DNA of 64,000 bases from Vezdaea acicularis (GCA_026025075.1 JAPEUI010000061.1:1-64000); one strand, 5' to 3'; positions 1-12,803 are shown, counted from the first letter of the stretch. Numbers and translations: made by a program. Notes: generated from the sequence alone by a model not told the origin.

Positions 1-1314
1 TAAGAGACAGGGCGGGGGGACGGACGGCCCCGGCTGCTTGTGGGACGGCGGTTGCGGAGTGGTAGCTCGGGGCTGGAGAGGTTGTGGTGGGGCTGTACAT
101 GGCAGCGGCGGCGACTCCTCCGACGGCGGCGCCGGCTGCAAGGCCAGTGGCGCCTGCGGCGACGGGGGAGAAGGAGGAGGCGGGGTAGGCGTGCGCCGCG
201 TTTTGGAGGGGGATGGTGGAGGGGGCGGGGGATATGGGCGTTGGGGCTGCGACGACTAGGTCGGTTTCGATGGAGCGGAAGCATGATTGGAGGTTTGGGA
301 TCCACTGGTCTGGAAGGTCGCCGTCGAAGCCGCCGTAGTGGAAGACGAGGAGGTAGGAGGGTTGGCTGAAGGGGTTCATTGAGAGGTACTGTTTCAGTGA
401 TTAGTGAAATGGAAAGTTGGGAGATTGCGATGGGGCTTTGAAGGGAGGGGTGAAAGTACTTTGATAGAGCCCAACGGTCCGCCTGGTGTCCCCGAAGCGT
501 GCTTATTCGCGACCATCTGTCCAATGGCCTTGTCCAGCGCTGGGTAATCCGTGCCCAAATCCCAAGCGCCGCCGCCGTTTGAGTCGATCCACACGTATGT
601 CCCGTTGACGCCAAGCGCTACCTGGACTGGGCAGGCGGTCCATCCACGCGGCCCCAGCTGATTCTGGATTGCATCCTCAAGCCCCTCGGGCAAGTTCTGC
701 CATCGGTAGGTGTCCTTGTCCATGGCGAAGAAACTCCCATTGGGACCGAGCGTGATACGGATGCTGCGGATGTCGCGCTTCATGTAGCCATTCTGGTCGG
801 TGCCGAGCCACCATTCAAGCATGGGTGGGAGACCCCAGTTTCCTGGGAAGAGTATTAGGAGGGCGGGGAAGTAGATTGCGAGGGGTAGAGCGTACGGGAC
901 TGCACTTTGCCATCGTGGTCGACGAACCCGATGTAGTAACTTGAGCCTGGGCCTAAGTTCAGATAATCAGACGCCTGCTTCTGCTATAAAGGCTAGAATA
1001 GAGCTTGCCTAAGACAAGATTAAAAACATCTTGAATTGGGGTTGGGCCGGTGAAAAGCGCCGCGACAGCCTCGGGCAAGTTCCTTCTAAACGGATATTAG
1101 CATTGGAAATGCAGCGAGAAACGTACATGGCCGAAGAACCACAGGCTGTAAGAATGCGAGAAGAGATGCTTGCATAGAGACAGAAGAAAGCCTCTACATC
1201 TGACAAATAGGTACCCTGTACGTAAAGATGGACTCACCGCGCCCATTGCTTCGGCGCATTGCAGAAATAGCTGTCGTTCGGACCGAAAGTAAAGCAGAGA
1301 TTGTTCATAGCCAT
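1..1314 (-). CDS. Hypothetical repeat protein (four LGPxxS[YF]-type repeats, Pro/Ala-rich C-terminus); multi-exon, runs off the left window edge
   Basis: Manual splice model: ATG 1314 MAMNNLCFTFGPNDSYF..., GTGAGT donor at 1238, exon RNLPEAVAALFTG...NLVLG, GC-AG intron 1008-953, exon PGSSYYIGF..., then ORF 394..822 (LGPNGSFF, LGVNGTYV), and a final open exon YLSMNPFSQPSYLLVFHYGG... Confidence 0.7.
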
Positions 1315-2919
1315 GGCCCCAGTAATTCTCGACCTTCAGAGCCAACGAATGCGGCTTCAATTTACTCTCTCACAAAGTCATAAGAAAAGCAGGTACAAGC
1401 GCAATGCAACGAGTTGTCACATTCAACGAAGTCTTGACGACGAAGCAAGATATCGCAACCCGCAGCGTGGTTAAGCAGAGAAAAAGCTTCAGAAGTGGGC
1501 AGCGTCCGGATTTTAAATCAGGACGCCGGCATCCAGGTCAAGGAGGGGTCCGGATTTCCAGACTGCCCACCAGTGGAAAGGCGTTGTGTAGCCTTGCATG
1601 AGGAGGCTGAAGCCAGGAGCCGATGGGGTTAGACTGTATCGACGGCGACCCATCTGGGCGGTCTCAGCCTCGTCCTAGGCCGCGGGTTCGATTCGAGAAC
1701 ATTGCCGCTCGCGTGAGCGTGCAGGATGTCGGTCTGACATTTTGACTCGAGCTGAACGAGCGGGTCGTGTCATTACCATGAGTTGATTCTATTGTTTGAA
1801 GGTCCTGTATACTTCATTGCATTGTCAATCGTGGCATGCAGAAGGGGGGTTGTACGTACCGCTTAGTCAGGCTCGCCTATAGAGGCGAGCCCCCGTAACC
1901 GCGAGCTCAGCGGCTTCGCAACTACAGGGTTTGAAATCGCGAGCAGCCAGAAGCGAGGGTTTTCTAGGTTGTCGCCAGCAATTGCAACCCTCTGCTGGGG
2001 GGGCTGCGGCAAGGCGCTCTGACAAGCTTTTGCGGCGACGTTGCACGCCGCTGTCATCCTAGTAATGTGTGCACAAGCTGCGCCCCAGATTCCATCTCCT
2101 GGGTTTTGCTTCTCCGACCTTTTCCGACCGCGAGGCTATCACATCGTGGTCATGGCATTGTCAACATGTAACGCGAATGCGGTATTCTCTGATCCGGAAA
2201 ACATCAAGTCCGACCCGGGATTCCGTTAGATATAAATTTCGGGAATGGGCTTGCGCTCTGTGGCTTGGATGGCCCATTCTTTTCGTCACCAAATCAAGGG
2301 GATGTCGCGCTCCGAAAGGCCGAGAAGGACCGAAGCTTCAGGCATAAAGCACAAGTTCCTGACAACTTGAGGGAGATACAAGATAAAGACCAGGTACTGC
2401 CAAGACGGGTACGCGTCAAAAGGATCAAGCCAGCCCTGCGAGATCAAGCGCATTGATTACTGAAGCTTACCGACTTAGCTATCGTGACTGCTGGCTAACC
2501 AATTGGAGTCGTGTTTCAAAGCCCAAGCCATGAGGGATTTATATCTCGTTCTTGGTCGGGTACGTGACGAGCCCACTGCCGGGACAATCTTCAACCGTAG
2601 CTATGATCCTTCATGTCCAATGAAGAGATTGCAAGACGTTAAGCGGAGCATTGGCCATGCCAATACTCATTGCCTAGGCCAGCGATATGCACCGGCTATT
2701 CCGCTATTCCATGGCCGAGACCCATTTTAAAAAGCGTGGACCACGTTGTTACACTCTGAAAAAACATTTCGGAGCTTTTCTTGCGTTCGTCGGGGCGTCA
2801 TATATTTCAAGTTATCATGACACGGAGTTTGCTTAAGCGGTTTACTTGAAGCTGCCATCTTTCATACGGATACCCTCTCTATCCTCCTGATAAGCCATAA
2901 ACCTGTCTTTACCCTAACA

Positions 2920-3669
2920 ATGCGGCATCTCCCCACTTCCCTCCTCCTCCTCCTAACTCTCCTCTCGCCCCGCACCCTCTCCGACATCCCCAATGGCGAA
3001 ATCGAGCCTTTCGAAATCTCCCACTCACTGCCCTACCAGGCGATGGAGGGACTCAGGCCCGTCTGCCGCGACCACGGCGTGCCCGCCGACCTCTTTAATC
3101 GCCGTGGATACGCCAACACCTACCGGTTGTGCGTCGAGAACATCCCAAACGCGTACCCCAGCCTAAACTGCCGCTGCACGCCCAAGGGCGAGCTCTTATG
3201 CCGGCCTCCGCGGCGCAGCGTGTTCGACCGAATTATCCCCAAGACCTGGAGGCAGTACACCAACCAGAAATATTGCATGAGGACGTGTTCTTGTCCGCCG
3301 GAGCTGTATCCGGAGGGCGAGGATAACAATGTGGAGATAAGGGGCAGGAAGAGGAAGGCGATGTTGGGGGCGCTGGGGAGGGGCTGGAAGAGAGTCACGG
3401 GTAGGACTAGGGATACGGGATTGATGGGGGGGAGGTATAGTGATGACCCGTATTATTGCGGGGAGCAGTGCCCGGAGAATCTGGATTGGACAATTGCGAG
3501 TGCGAGTCGGACGTGGGATGGGGGCGTGAGGAGAAGAGATGAGGTTGGGCAAGGGGAGATGGAGGAGCGGGGGATGGTGGAGGAGGGGGTCTCATGTTAC
3601 TGTAATGGGTCGTATGTCAGTCATCGATGTTGTAGTGCTATTGGTGGGATGGTCTGGGCGGATATATAG
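2920..3669 (+). CDS. Secreted cysteine-rich protein (family member A), single exon
   Basis: 249-aa ORF with hydrophobic signal peptide MRHLPTSLLLLLTLLSPRTLS, many Cys, dibasic sites and C-terminal CYCNGSYVSHRCC...GMVW. Confidence 0.8.
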   Translation: MRHLPTSLLLLLTLLSPRTLSDIPNGEIEPFEISHSLPYQAMEGLRPVCRDHGVPADLFNRRGYANTYRLCVENIPNAYPSLNCRCTPKGELLCRPPRRSVFDRIIPKTWRQYTNQKYCMRTCSCPPELYPEGEDNNVEIRGRKRKAMLGALGRGWKRVTGRTRDTGLMGGRYSDDPYYCGEQCPENLDWTIASASRTWDGGVRRRDEVGQGEMEERGMVEEGVSCYCNGSYVSHRCCSAIGGMVWADI

Positions 3670-3896
3670 GAGAGGTGTGGCTGTGCAGCCGAGATCTGCA
3701 GCTCTGCAGCGCACGTTGTAGAAATATAATATTTCGTGCCCTGGGGAACTTCTAACGCTCAAGATACTACGATATGAACCGCATTACCTGAAAGGCACTA
3801 CGCTTGCTTATAGGGTATGTATAACGCCAAGAACCACTTCTCTCTTTCAAACCAGCAGAGTCAGCCAAAAAGAAGGAGAGTGGAAAAACCCAACAC

Positions 3897-6850
3897 TCAA
3901 AAACCCGCGACCCGCATTAAACCGTAGCCCACGGTGACTACCACGACGAGAGTGACCAGACTGCTCGGCACGCCTCGCGAAATGAAGTGCTTGACGCGCA
4001 GGTATCTCTGACCCGTCTGCGGATCCTCCATCATGATCGCAGCTACAGCATGTCAGTAAGGGAACGATAGTGCACGAGGGTTAAAGGAGGAATTAACTGA
4101 CTCATGTTCGGGAATCCGCTGGTGGGCAGTCCCATCGCAGCGGAGCACATCAACGCACTGCCCATTACCAATAAATTCGGATGCGGCTCGTCCATTGACG
4201 CACCAACCGTATGTACCAGGGGTAAGATGATGAGGCCAGCCACGGTATGGCTGATGAAGGTGGCAACGACCAAGACCAGCCCGGCGAATACGACCAACAG
4301 CGAATACAGAGGCATACCCTCGACCTTGGCGGTAATGGCGCCAGCAATCGTGTGCAGCAGTCCGGACGATTCGACCGCCTTGCCAAGCGACAAGCCACCC
4401 GCCGCGAGGATGATGATGGTCCATAAGAAGTTGTTGAAATCTTCTTTGGTGAGGATGCCGGTGCCGAAGAAGAGGACGAGGGGGATAATGGCGACGACGC
4501 CCATATGGCCGAAGGTCGACTCCAGCTGGTGTGTCACACACCACAGGCCGATGGTCCCAATGGTTACGCCGGAGATGAACCACTGCACGCCGGTGAACTT
4601 ATCCTTCATGGGCCGAATGGGCACGATGGTCGTGCCGCGGCCGGGCTGGAAGGTTGCGAGGAGGATGAGCCAGATCAGGAAGATGGAGAGGATGCACACG
4701 GGGAGGGCGACGAAGAACCATGAGGCCCAGCTGGGTTCGGGCTTCATGTTTTGGAGGGCGATGATGTTTTGGGGCGAGGCAATGGGAGAGGCCATGCCGC
4801 CAATGTTAGAGGCGAGGGCGATGCCTAGGATGAGAGCTTTTGAGAATTCGGAGTCGGAGGGAAGGTTGCGGAGTAGGGGCTGGATAATGGAGAAGCAGAG
4901 CACGGGGGCGGCGACGTTGCTGATCCACATGCTGGCCACCATCGCGACGAACATGTTGGTCAGGAGGACGGTCCTTGGTCGAGTTCCTGCTTTGCTGAGG
5001 ACGAACGTGGCAATCATCTTCGCGATGTGGTATTTCGACAATGCCGCGGCAACGGCGAAGCCGCCGAGCAGTAGCATAATGACTGGCGTCCACATTGCCG
5101 CGAAGATATATGTCGACGCGGCCTTGGAGTCTAAACGTCTATGAGGCTTTTCGTCTGCTCGCACCACTCGCAGAACGACGACGAGGAAAGGTATGAGAAG
5201 CGACGTAACGAAAAGGGGGATAACCTCCGTAGCCCAAAGCAGACTGACGAAAGCTAGGAGCGCAAGGCAATTCTGCTGTTCCGCATTCTTCATTGTTGGC
5301 ACCGTCAACAGAATTACGAAAACGACAACGATGCCGATCAGGTAATAAACATTCGGACTGAATATCCAGCTCGGGACATAAAATCTTCCCATCCGAGTAT
5401 GGAGCTCTCTCCAATAGCCGTCTCCTTGATCATCCCCCTGTAACCTCGCGTGAGACGGATCTCGATCTCCTCCTAGTATGGTTCGTCGAAAACCTAGATT
5501 TGCGGCTTGGGCTTTTCGTTCTATTCCAATCATCTCTCGCCAGACTGTGTTTCGCTCCCAAACGACGTGTTCGCGAAGATGTAGCCGAAGCTCGCGCCTC
5601 GCATCGTGAAGGTTTCCTTGCGTTACTACTTCCGCGTAAGCTTTCTCTATCTTCGCTATTTTCTCCTCCAATTGCTCCATAGTTGCTTTTCGGAATGGAT
5701 AAGCGGGTGTGACAAAGCTATCGATGTATGATTGCCTTAGATTACGGTCTAAGACTTTATCATATTTCTTCAGAGCTTTGGAAAACCCTTGTTTGTTGAG
5801 CTGAATGAACGACTTCAGTTCGCACAGGCTTACGTAGATGCTGATGGTACGCTTCTTGATGGTGAGACCTGAATCGTACAGCACAGAAGTTGCTTCGTTA
5901 AAGTCCTCGAGCGCATGACTGGGTCGTCGTCGTGACGGTGGCCGCAGCTCTCTCGAGCTTCGTAAATCATCCCCATTCTCGTTACCAGTGTCCCACGTCT
6001 TGCTCCGTGAAATCTTTGAGCTCTTTGATCTTGTCAAAGCCGCCGTCTCGTCAGCATCATCGTCGCTGTCCTCGTAGCCATCCTCTTCGATGGACATGCT
6101 CATAGTACTTGTTCTCCGAGGTCGCCCAAAACCAAAAGTTCCAAGAAGACTGCCCCTTCTTTGCCTTCCGCCGTGGACCGACTTATTTGACATAGCGCCA
6201 TCACCTCGATTCAACGAAAAGTCTATATCATTGGCTTCGGCCGCATAAGCTCCCTCATCCTTTAGTAGTGAATTGGCCTCTCCGTTTATCTCTAATTCTT
6301 TGAGTTGATAAAATGTGCATATCTTCTCTAATTCCGAGTCTAAAGCCTTCTTGTAAACAACATCCGGATCGCCATCAGCACTGGCAAGGAGTGGGGAAGA
6401 CTCCACATCCTCTCCGTGTGTAGCAGCGGCTTGGTTGATTTGCTTCTCAAGAGTAAATATACTAGAGGTGGCAATTGACATTAGCTGAATCCGTATAGTA
6501 AGGGGTCGAATATATTGAACGTACAGCTTTTTTAGGTTACTGTAGGATATGTAATTGCTGCTCCAGTCTGGAACAGCATTGAATTGAAGACTATGGGAAA
6601 ATTTCATTTCGTCTTCGGCAAGGAGCCTCTGGAGTTTTTCCGATCGCCTGTGAGCCTTTCGTGCTGCGCGCTGGGCAAGACCTTGTCTCTTAGAGTGTCC
6701 GTGGAGCTCGGTGAGCTCGAATGCCCCGTCAATGTTGGAAGTTGGATGCCTTCCTCGTTCCAAGGACGGCGAGGTAAGTGGGTCAGCCCTTGAATTATTC
6801 AAACCATCCGCAATGTGAGGCGATTGGACGCGAATAGCCCATGTGGGCAT
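3897..6850 (-). CDS. SPX-domain low-affinity phosphate transporter (Pho87/Pho90/Pho91 family)
   Basis: MKFSHSLQFNAVPDW (SPX start, ATG 6607; upstream in-frame ATG 6850), GFSKALKKYDK, multi-TM SLC13/CitMHS-type domain (WISNVAAP, GGMASPIASPQN, PTSGFPNM). In-frame intron 6524-6462; last intron from 4101, final exon TAIMMED...RVAGF ending at 3897. Confidence 0.93.
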
Positions 6851-8269
6851 AAGGCGCTTACGGTGCTGGCGTATGCTGCGCTGGCGTACGCTATCAGTGA
6901 TAGATCATGGAACGATGGTTGGGACTAAGCACAATCTTCGTTATATCCCAGTGTCCGTGCGGCTATAAGGCGATTTATTGTGGATTTACTCGTAGATGTT
7001 GTTAATGCGCGAGTAATGCGACATCGAATATGGTGTTTCAATAACATGCGCGGCGCGGGTCAAGAAAATTACGTCCGATAACAGACACTCAATTCGCAAT
7101 TAATGATCAAAACCTCGATTCAATCAACGACTTTGCAACAACAAAATGATACTACCACTTGGAGAGCTGCAGCAGATCTAATGTTTGTGCTAAGGTCAGA
7201 TGTACTAGTGTGGGCGCAAGAAGTCTGGTCCAACAAGAATCCAAGGGAATCACTTAATTATAAAAGCGCCGACGGCACCCTCCAAATCCACCGATGGCAG
7301 AACTCATCCCTTAGAGCAACGAAGGAATGAGCCCCAAGGTTTTATATATCGCTTAAATTGTCCAAGAATATGAAACGCAAGAATGACTATCCTTCTTGCA
7401 TCACATGGCCTAGAAGATCATCTCGGTGAAGGACTGCCTCCGAAGAGGGAATTCTTTAGTATCGGCCTTGATGATTTGAAAGTTCTTCTTATCGGTATTG
7501 GTATCTTCTTGAAAAGACATCAAAAAACGGGCCAGACTTAAGCTACTAAAAAGAACGCTCTACAAGTCCCTTTAAACAAGACTCCACCTGTCTGCTGAGA
7601 CTTGCCACTATATCTGGAAGCATATTCTTGCACTACAAAGAATAGCAACCCCCAAAATGACTAGCACTGGCTAGATTGTCTTTCCCTTCTTGCTAAACTA
7701 TTACCCAATAGTGCTTGTTTCCTTAAGTGCTTCTTCAAATCCAAAGCTCGAGCCTTTACTAGACATGGGCATGATGTCGTCTATCTCTAGTACTTGATCA
7801 GTTTAGCTTTCGCGCGCCATCAATGACCATTACGGTCATCGACTGCTATCTCTATATAATCAAACTATCTTTATTTCAGGCAGTAATGCTCAACTTTGTC
7901 TGATGGCGAGTGTATATGGATTCTCATGTACGCTCGCTCATCATTAAGCTTGGCCACCCCCTTTACTGTTTGCTGAAGCTTACAAATTCATTTTGTAAGA
8001 TTCAACGTTTCTTGACCTTCTATTCAGTACGTATAAAATGAGGATAAGCCCGTCAAGCTATATTCTGTCTGGACAAATGGGCTTAGAGCCATGGGCTCGT
8101 TGACGAGATTAGATCGCTGATCAATCGCCTATGGGACAAAGCCCCTTAATTTACCACATTCAGACCGCTTCACACTTTAGATGGACACTACAGACTAGCC
8201 AAGACACTCCTTTGAACTGCATTGATATTGCAGACTTCCATTTATACTGACATCAAGCGCCTATCAGAA

Positions 8270-9262
8270 ATGACTCCTCCTGGTGCCAAAGACTTGACTT
8301 CAAGTACACAATCATCAAAAGCCCAGGTCACTGAAGCTCTACCCTTGATCCAAGCGCTCGAACTGAGCCACTCAAACGATCCAAGAAGACGTTACAATCC
8401 TGCGCCAGGAGAAGCATCGTCAAGTATACCATTGCATGCAGGCTCTCTTGCCAGGTGGAAGGAAGTACACTCGAGGAGCCTGCTCTCCTGTAGCATAAAT
8501 CGCCGTACCATTACTACTTCGTATGCGTATCCGATTACCTTCAATTGTGTTTCGACTCCGAAATCAAAGCGCCCATGTCATTGGTGCGATCTTGATGCAT
8601 ATGGCGTGTTGGGACTAGGTTGCCGTCGAGTGGAAGTTCTCCAATACATGTACGTTTTTAAAATTTTTTAAATATGTTGATGCTATTTGAACGACTAAGT
8701 CACAGGAGACACTAACTTTCCCGTCCGTAGCGATACGAAGCGTAACGAGCACGGAGTCTATGAGGAAATTGCGGGTGGTCATAGGTCCAAAGGTGCTGGG
8801 CCAAGCCGTATGTGCTACCAATGTACCACAGATCGCGCCCTCGTTCTCTGTTGTTCCAATCACACTCTGGAACCTATCGCAGGCATCTCACCACTTCACT
8901 TCAATTACGAACGCGCTTATGACCGTCTACTAAGCCAGCAAAACACTGGTGTTCACTGGTGCTCAATCTGCCTCTCGCCCGCTTTCTACAAGTGCACCAC
9001 CCCATTCACGCCCAAGGCTGGAGACGATGCCCATTTCATATCATGCGGCTTGAGAGTGTGCGGACAGTGCAAGGAAGTGTTGATGAACGACTTTCACGGC
9101 AATCTGCAGGCACTGCTTAAGAAGCAAGAACTTGGAAATTGTGATGGTGACAAGACCTATCCATTGGGGCTTAGAGCTGACGCGGGGTTCCTACTGGAGG
9201 ATGGCTTACTGATGCAAGCACTGCAAAAGAGCTCCATAGATCGTGGCATCGTGCAAGGATGA
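8270..9262 (+). CDS. Fungal hypothetical Cys-rich (putative Zn-binding) protein; 5' end uncertain
   Basis: ORFs 8222..8671 and 8810..9262 join through a GTACGT...TAG intron (8650-8730), giving PCHWC...YGVLGLG...EIAGGH...PSRMCYQC...WCSIC...CGLRVCGQC...LRADAGFL. Confidence 0.7.
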
Positions 9263-9283
9263 AGACTCCTAGCTCCTAAAGGC

Positions 9284-9574
9284 TAGAGCATGAAGCTAAT
9301 GGAGTACGAAGCTGACAGAGCCTGACGTCAAGAGAGCGCGAGGTTTGATAGAGCACGAATTTAACAGAGCACGAGGTTTGATGGAGCACGAAGTTCATAG
9401 AGCATAAGGTTAATAGAGCGCAGACTTGATAGTGCACGAATTTGGTAGCTTCAGCACGAATTTGATAGAGCACAGAGTTAACAGAGCACGGATTTACTAG
9501 CTAGAGCACGGAGTTAATGTAGCATGAAGTTAATAGAGCATGAAATTAATAGAGCACGAAGTGACTAGAGCACA
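9284..9574. repeat. Degenerate minisatellite, ~18 copies of a ~16-bp unit, consensus TAGAGCACGAAGTTAA
   Basis: Units read directly, e.g. tagagcatgaagctaa, tagagcacgaatttaa, cagagcacgaggtttga, tagagcacagagttaa, tagagcatgaaattaa. Confidence 0.9.
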
Positions 9575-11217
9575 AACCCCTCTGTGCATGCTCCTTACTA
9601 TAACCACTTGAAAGGTCTAGCTGCATTGTTTTTCAATATCAACTTTCAAATCACATAGCTATTGCGCCTCACCCACTGAAGACTCAAGTGCAACACGTTG
9701 AGGTTGAATGTGCCTTCTTGTTTTTCTTTTCTGTCGTATGAGGCTTGCGACCCAATGGATTTTGCACGATAAGCCGCCCAGCCAATTTTGACGAGAAAGC
9801 AAGCATGTGTTTGAGAAGATGAATTGACTGTCCTTCGCCGCATCACCTTGAGCTTTAACATCTCCGACTCGCGAAATACACTGGTTTAATAGAGGGATCG
9901 CCAGGAACGGTCATCTAATACTTCACCGTTTCCATTGCCTTTCCTTCCATCTTCCAGTAACCAGCCTTGAAAGTTGCACGTGTAAGACCAAGATGAGCTC
10001 CCGTACGCGGTCCGACTCGAAGCTGGTCTATTCGATGGGAAATGTAAGTTGAAATCCATTTCTCAAAGTGATCATCCACTCTCTTCCTTGGTTACGCATG
10101 CATCCTCTCATATTTGCCCGACGTTCGCCTCACTCTTCTCTGTCGCGCCGTCTTCATTTGTTGTGCTTTCCCTCGACGCTTTCGTCATTCTTTGTCGAGG
10201 TTTAGGCCAGCCTTGAGGCCAGACAGAACGCAGCCGACTTTCGCCGTGTCTATAATCCTGGAATCCCCGACTTTCGCCGAAGGTACAGGCGTCTCACATA
10301 TGCCAGGTACCGGACGAGAACGCGAGGGTGAACGAAAAACGGGGAGCACGCGACACCGGATTCCCTGTTCAAGAGATGGTCTTCTGTTATTCGAGAGACA
10401 CATTTAAAGACAAAGTATCGGAGGGGCCTCTGTGACTAAAGATGAGCCTTCAAAGGGGCCCCCAACATGGTCATATACGGCCAAGCTCATAGGCTAGATT
10501 TGGTATCGGAGCAACTTATGGTCCTGTTGTCCCACGCACAGCGCTGCATCTGCCCTGGCGGTGAGCGCACTACGCCAATTACTGCATGAAACGATACAGT
10601 GGCTTGCATGTGATGGAAGATAACATCGACTCGAGGCCGCACAGAGATATTTCAACGTTCTGTCTTGACTGTCTCTCAGATCGTGGATACGGCCGCAACG
10701 TCACGCGCCAGAGCTGGTTAGACTATGGGGGTCCGCTGGGAGGAGAAGGCGGGGCAAAATGCGGGGCAATGACCGGGGCCTGTTCGTTCCTCCTTCGCCG
10801 CGCCCGGTTCCTCGATTTGGCGAGGCTTCAGGGAGGTGCGCCACCTGCACCGCAACTGGCACTCGAGCCGAGAACGTTCAAACAATCGAATTGGTCCCAC
10901 GAAACCCTCTTGAAATACCCGGCTGCTCCCACAGAGGCGTCGATGAAAACGTTCTCACTCTCTTCTCTCTCCGGTCACTCTTCATTCATATCTGCTTCAG
11001 TCGCAGCTTGACCTACTCTCGTTCCTTCTCATCTACATCTTTATTTACTTGAAGAACTCCCCCAAGTATTGATTGCTCCTATTGAGTGCACGACCTGTTG
11101 TCCAATCCGACTGTCTCTCCACTGTATCCTGTACACACCTTCTTACACATACCTTCAGTGTCTCCTTGACCAGAGAACCGATGGTTCACGCACTCGTTTC
11201 AGTCTCTAACACGTAAC

Positions 11218-12803
11218 ATGGCTCCAGCATTTATTAACGGTCTTGGTGTGCAGGTGGAAGACACGCGAATATGCGTCGTGATGGTGGGGCTTCCCGCACG
11301 AGGCAAGTCGCTGATAGCACAGAAAGGTTAGTTACAACTATGCAGCCTCAATTTTGCATGCATGCTTGCGTAAGAAATCTAGACTGACCGTTTTCAGTCG
11401 TCCGATACCTCCGATGGCTCTCCATCGAGGCTAAGACTTTTAACGTCGGCTCCTACCGACGAGCTGACACGCCCCAACCAACTGCTGAGTTCTTCGATAC
11501 TTCCAATCCCGAGGGCGAGCGACTCCGCCGCGCAGCCGCCGAAGCCGCTGTCAGTGACATGCTATTATGGTTTAATCAGGGGAAGGGCACCGTGGCTATC
11601 CTTGATGCTACAAATAGCACTAAAAGCCGGCGGCGGTGGATCCATGAACGATGCACCGTAGCCGGTATAGCGACAATATATGTGGAGTCAAAGTGTGACG
11701 ATGAAGCTCTAATTATGTCCAATATCAAGGAAGTAAAGACGACAAGCCCCGACTACGTCGGCCAAGACCCTGAAGCCGCAGCACAAGATTTCCGGAATCG
11801 GATCCGTAACTACGAGAAGGTGTATCAAACTATCGACGAAGATGAGAAGGACATCACTTACGTGAAACTGATCAATGTCGGGCACCAGGTCATCATCAAC
11901 CAGATCCGAGATTATCTCCAATCACGTGTTGTGTACTACCTAATGAACCTGCACATCAAGCCGCGCAGCATCTGGCTCTCCCGCCACGGCGAAAGCGAAT
12001 TCAACCTTGCCGGCAAAATCGGCGGCGACGCAAATCTCTCCCCTCGCGGCGAAGCCTATGCACTCAAGCTCCCGGAACTCGTCAGTAAGTCTGTGCCCAA
12101 CCCGCGCCTCCTCACCGTATGGACCTCCACCCTCAAACGAACCCTCCAAACTGCCCGCCACCTTGAGCCAATGGTTTCCCACTCTTTAAACTGGAAGGCT
12201 CTTGACGAACTCGACTCTGGCGTCTGCGATGGCCTGACCTACCAGGAGATCCATTCGCTCTACCCGTCTGACTTCGCCGCCCGCGACGACGACAAATACA
12301 ACTACCGCTACCGTGGCGGCGAATCCTATCGTGACGTCGTCATCCGGCTGGAGCCCATCATCATGGAGCTCGAGCGATCCGAGAACATCCTCATTGTCAC
12401 CCACCAGGCCGTACTGCGCTGCATCTACGCGTATTTCATGAACATCCCGCAGGAGCGCAGTCCGTGGATGGAAGTACCCCTGCACACTCTCATCAAGCTG
12501 ACGCCAAAGGCGTATGGGACGGTCGAGGAGAGGGTCCCAGCGGGCATCGAAGCGGTCAGTACTTGGCGCAAGAAGGGGAGTAAAGCGCAGCATGAGACGG
12601 CGGAGAGCGTGGGTTACGTGGCGGATGGGGCAACGAAAGGCGCCTTGGAGAGTGTGACGGAGGGCGAGGTGCTGAATGGGGCGCCGAAGGTGAATGGAGA
12701 GAAAGGGTCGAATGGGATTAATGGCGTGCATGAAATGAATGGTTGTGCGGAGCGTGGAAAAGAGGTTGAGCACGCAGCTGCAGCGGCGAATGGGGTTGTA
12801 TAG
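11218..12803 (+). CDS. FBP26: 6-phosphofructo-2-kinase/fructose-2,6-bisphosphatase (Fbp26-type)
   Basis: Exon 1 VMVGLPARGKS (P-loop), one short intron near 11327-11397, DATNST, and histidine-phosphatase motif RHGES in ORF 11559..12803. Confidence 0.92.

Noticed and set aside
1660..1700. tRNA-like GGTTCGATTC motif
   Set aside because: The T-loop motif has no pairing T-stem or acceptor stem; no cloverleaf can be built.
4104..5144. 346-aa ORF antisense to the phosphate transporter
   Set aside because: Shadow ORF expected from the GC-rich codon usage of the real gene; no recognisable motifs.
7745..7770. U5 snRNA loop-1-like GCCTTTACTAG
   Set aside because: Lacks one U of the invariant GCCUUUUAC loop and has no convincing flanking stem or Sm site.
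7103..8200. Possible decayed coding sequence upstream of the 8270 gene
   Set aside because: Stops in all frames examined and no recognisable motif or consistent splice model.
9284..9574. Possible CRISPR-like array
   Set aside because: Units are contiguous with no unique spacers, the context is eukaryotic and there are no cas genes; it is a minisatellite.
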